Assembly: GCA_002269645.1 (NCBI GenBank)
Contig: NIVC01002216.1
Location: 124,001-188,000 of the forward strand
DNA from: Macrostomum lignano
Taxonomy: Eukaryota
Direction of reading: 5' to 3'
Length of the DNA stretch: 64,000 nt
The notes beneath the pieces are model-generated. The model was not told the DNA's origin. It ran no database searches and saw only the letters and a list, made by a program, of their open reading frames with translations. Position numbers and translations under genes: made by a program. Shown here in pieces: positions 61,790-64,000 of this stretch (position 1 is its first letter; each line of letters starts with the position of its first letter).

Positions 61790-62996
61790 CCATTTCATTC
61801 GATTGGGCGCCACTTTATATGACTGGGCTCCATTTTATATGATTGAGCGCCATTTCATTCGATTGGGCGCTATTTCATTCGATTAGGCGTCATTTCATAT
61901 AATTGAGCGCCATTTTATTTGATTGGGCGCCATTTCATTCGATTGGGTGCCACTTTATATGATTGAGCGCCATTTAATTCGATTGGCGCCATTTCATATG
62001 ATTTGGCGCCATTTCATTCCATTGGGTGCCACTTTATATGATTGGGCGCCATTTCACTCGATTGGGTGCCATTTCCTTCAGCTGGACGCCACTTCATATG
62101 ATTGAGTGCCATTTCCTTCAGCTGGACGCCACTTCATATGATTGAGTGCCATTTCCTTAAGCTGGAGGCCATTTCATATGGTTGAGCGCCATTTAATTCG
62201 ATTGACGCTATTTCATATAACTTGGCGCCATTTCATTCGATTAGGTGCCACTTTATATGACAGGGTGCCATATCATTCGATTGGGCACCATTTCATTCAG
62301 CTGGACGCCACTTCATATGATTGAGCGCCATTTCATTCAATTAGGCGCCATCTCATATAATTGAGTGCCATTTCATTCGACAGGGCGCCATTTCATATGA
62401 TTTTGCGCCATTTCATCGATTGGGTGCCACTTTATATGACTGGCTGCCATGCCACTTAATTCGATTGGACGCCATTTCATTCGGTTGGGTGCCATTTCAT
62501 ATGATTGAGCGCCATTTCATTCAATTAGGCGCCATCTCATATAATTGAGTGCCATTTCATTCGACAGGGCGCCATTTCATATGATTTTGCGCCATTTCAT
62601 CGATTGGGTGCCACTTTATATGACTGGCTGCCATGCCACTTAATTCGATTGGACGCCATTTCATTCGGTTGGGTGCCATTTCATATGATTGAGCGCCATT
62701 TCATTCAGCTGGACGCCATTTCATATGATTGATCGCCATTTCATATGATTGAGCGCCATTTCATTCGATTGACGCTATTTCATATGACTTGGCGCCATTT
62801 CATTCGATTGGGTGCCACTTTATATGACTGGGCGCCATTTTATTCGATTGGGCGCCATTTTATTCAGCTGGACACCACTTCATATGATTGAGCGCCATTT
62901 CATTCAGCTGGACGCCATTTCATATGATTGAGCGCAATTTCATTCAGCTGGACGCCATTTCATATGATTAGGCGCTATCATATGACTGGGCGCCAG
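61790..62996. repeat. About 20-bp degenerate minisatellite (CCATTTCATTCGATTGGGCG / CCATTTCATATGATTGAGCG) with an internal duplication of about 184 bp
   Basis: Alternating unit variants; a block near 62338 recurs near 62522. Confidence 0.92.
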
Positions 62997-63675
62997 CACG
63001 ATGGGGGGCCGGCCCCTTATGCACGATATGAAGTTAAGAAGTGATAATCGGTATTACATGTAGATGCCGTAATTCCCTGGCCAGGTCTGAACTCAATACC
63101 TAATAAACAAGATCGAAGAAACTTGCTTGGGAATTAAATAGGGATTATTATTGCCAGCAGTAGGGAAAAGTCTCTTTGGAAATGATGACAGCTCAATCAA
63201 ATATTGAGCAGGTGCGTGAAAACCAGTTCGGTATCAAATTCGATTCGACTCGACATGGGGCAGCTCAAAGCCGGATGTCGGGCTGGAAAGAGATTAAAGA
63301 AGCGGCATTGCTGTTTTTGTGCTTGGAAATTGAGACAGAATGGGGAATAGGGAAATTTTCAGCAAGGTTGAGTCGGTGATGTTGATGGACAGGCAAGGGG
63401 ATCTGGCGCTCTTATATTGTTAGATTGCGCTTGCTATTATAATGCACATAAAGACAATTTAAAAACAGTTATTTGATATAATTCCTTTGTTTAAATAAAG
63501 CACTTCGGTCTTTATTATATATTAGTCCTATCTTTACTACTAGCGGTAGGAATTTGTTTTAAAGATTCTTTTCAAAAAACTGAGTGGGTAGACGAATTCA
63601 GTGGTTGGTCGGGTTTGTCAAGAAGGTGAAATATAAATAGTTTGGCATCTCTCAGCAATGGCTGCTTCAAAATTG

Positions 63676-64000
63676 GCCCCTGGTGCTGGCGCCCTTGATG
63701 CTGGCGCCCCTGGTGCTGGTGGCCCTGGTGCTGGCGCCCCTGGTGCTGGTGGCCCTGGTGCTGGCGCCCTTGATGCTGGCGCCCCTGGTGCTGGCGCCCC
63801 TGGTGCTGGCGCCCCTGGTGCTGGCGCCCCTGGTGCTGGCGCCCCTGGTGCTGGCGCCCCTGGTGCTGGCGCCCCTGGTGCTGGCGCCCCTGGTGCTGGC
63901 GCCCCTGGTGCTGGCGCCCCTGGTGCTGGCGCCCCTGGTGCTGGCGCCCCTGGTGCTGGCGCCCCTGGTGCTGGCGCCCCTGGTGCTGGCGCCCCTGGTG
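63676..64000. repeat. 15-bp minisatellite (GCCCCTGGTGCTGGC)n running off the window end
   Basis: Direct; in frame with an ATG at 63658, reading (APGAG)n. Confidence 0.93.

Overview
Eukaryotic, intron-containing, very repeat-rich animal DNA. The GC-rich codon usage, the microsatellite/minisatellite-filled introns and the gene set look like a free-living flatworm such as Macrostomum lignano (inference, not proven). Spliced models were built by hand from GT-AG sites and exon phase. 1-12 kb: three small 3-exon signal-peptide genes with the same intron phases (1 then 2); two are clear paralogues of a family I do not recognise. The first carries a complete Ty3/Gypsy (Mag-type) LTR retrotransposon inside a (CTAA)n microsatellite in intron 1. 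13-28 kb: a calmodulin-like EF-hand gene with a 3.1-kb 49-bp satellite in an intron, RNase H-bearing LINE fragments with target-site duplications, and a 6-exon Njmu-R1/C17orf75 homologue whose large intron is almost free of CpG. 28-42 kb: a fold-back MITE, a 46-bp satellite, RTE remnants, an intronless DEG/ENaC channel and a tRNA-derived SINE. 42-60 kb: an SLC13 transporter, a multiplexin (collagen XV/XVIII-like), a small orphan ORF and an IRS-like PH-PTB adaptor with FoxO-type sites upstream. The window ends in minisatellites. Most long ORFs in the supplied track are repeat artefacts. There are no CRISPR arrays or rRNA genes.
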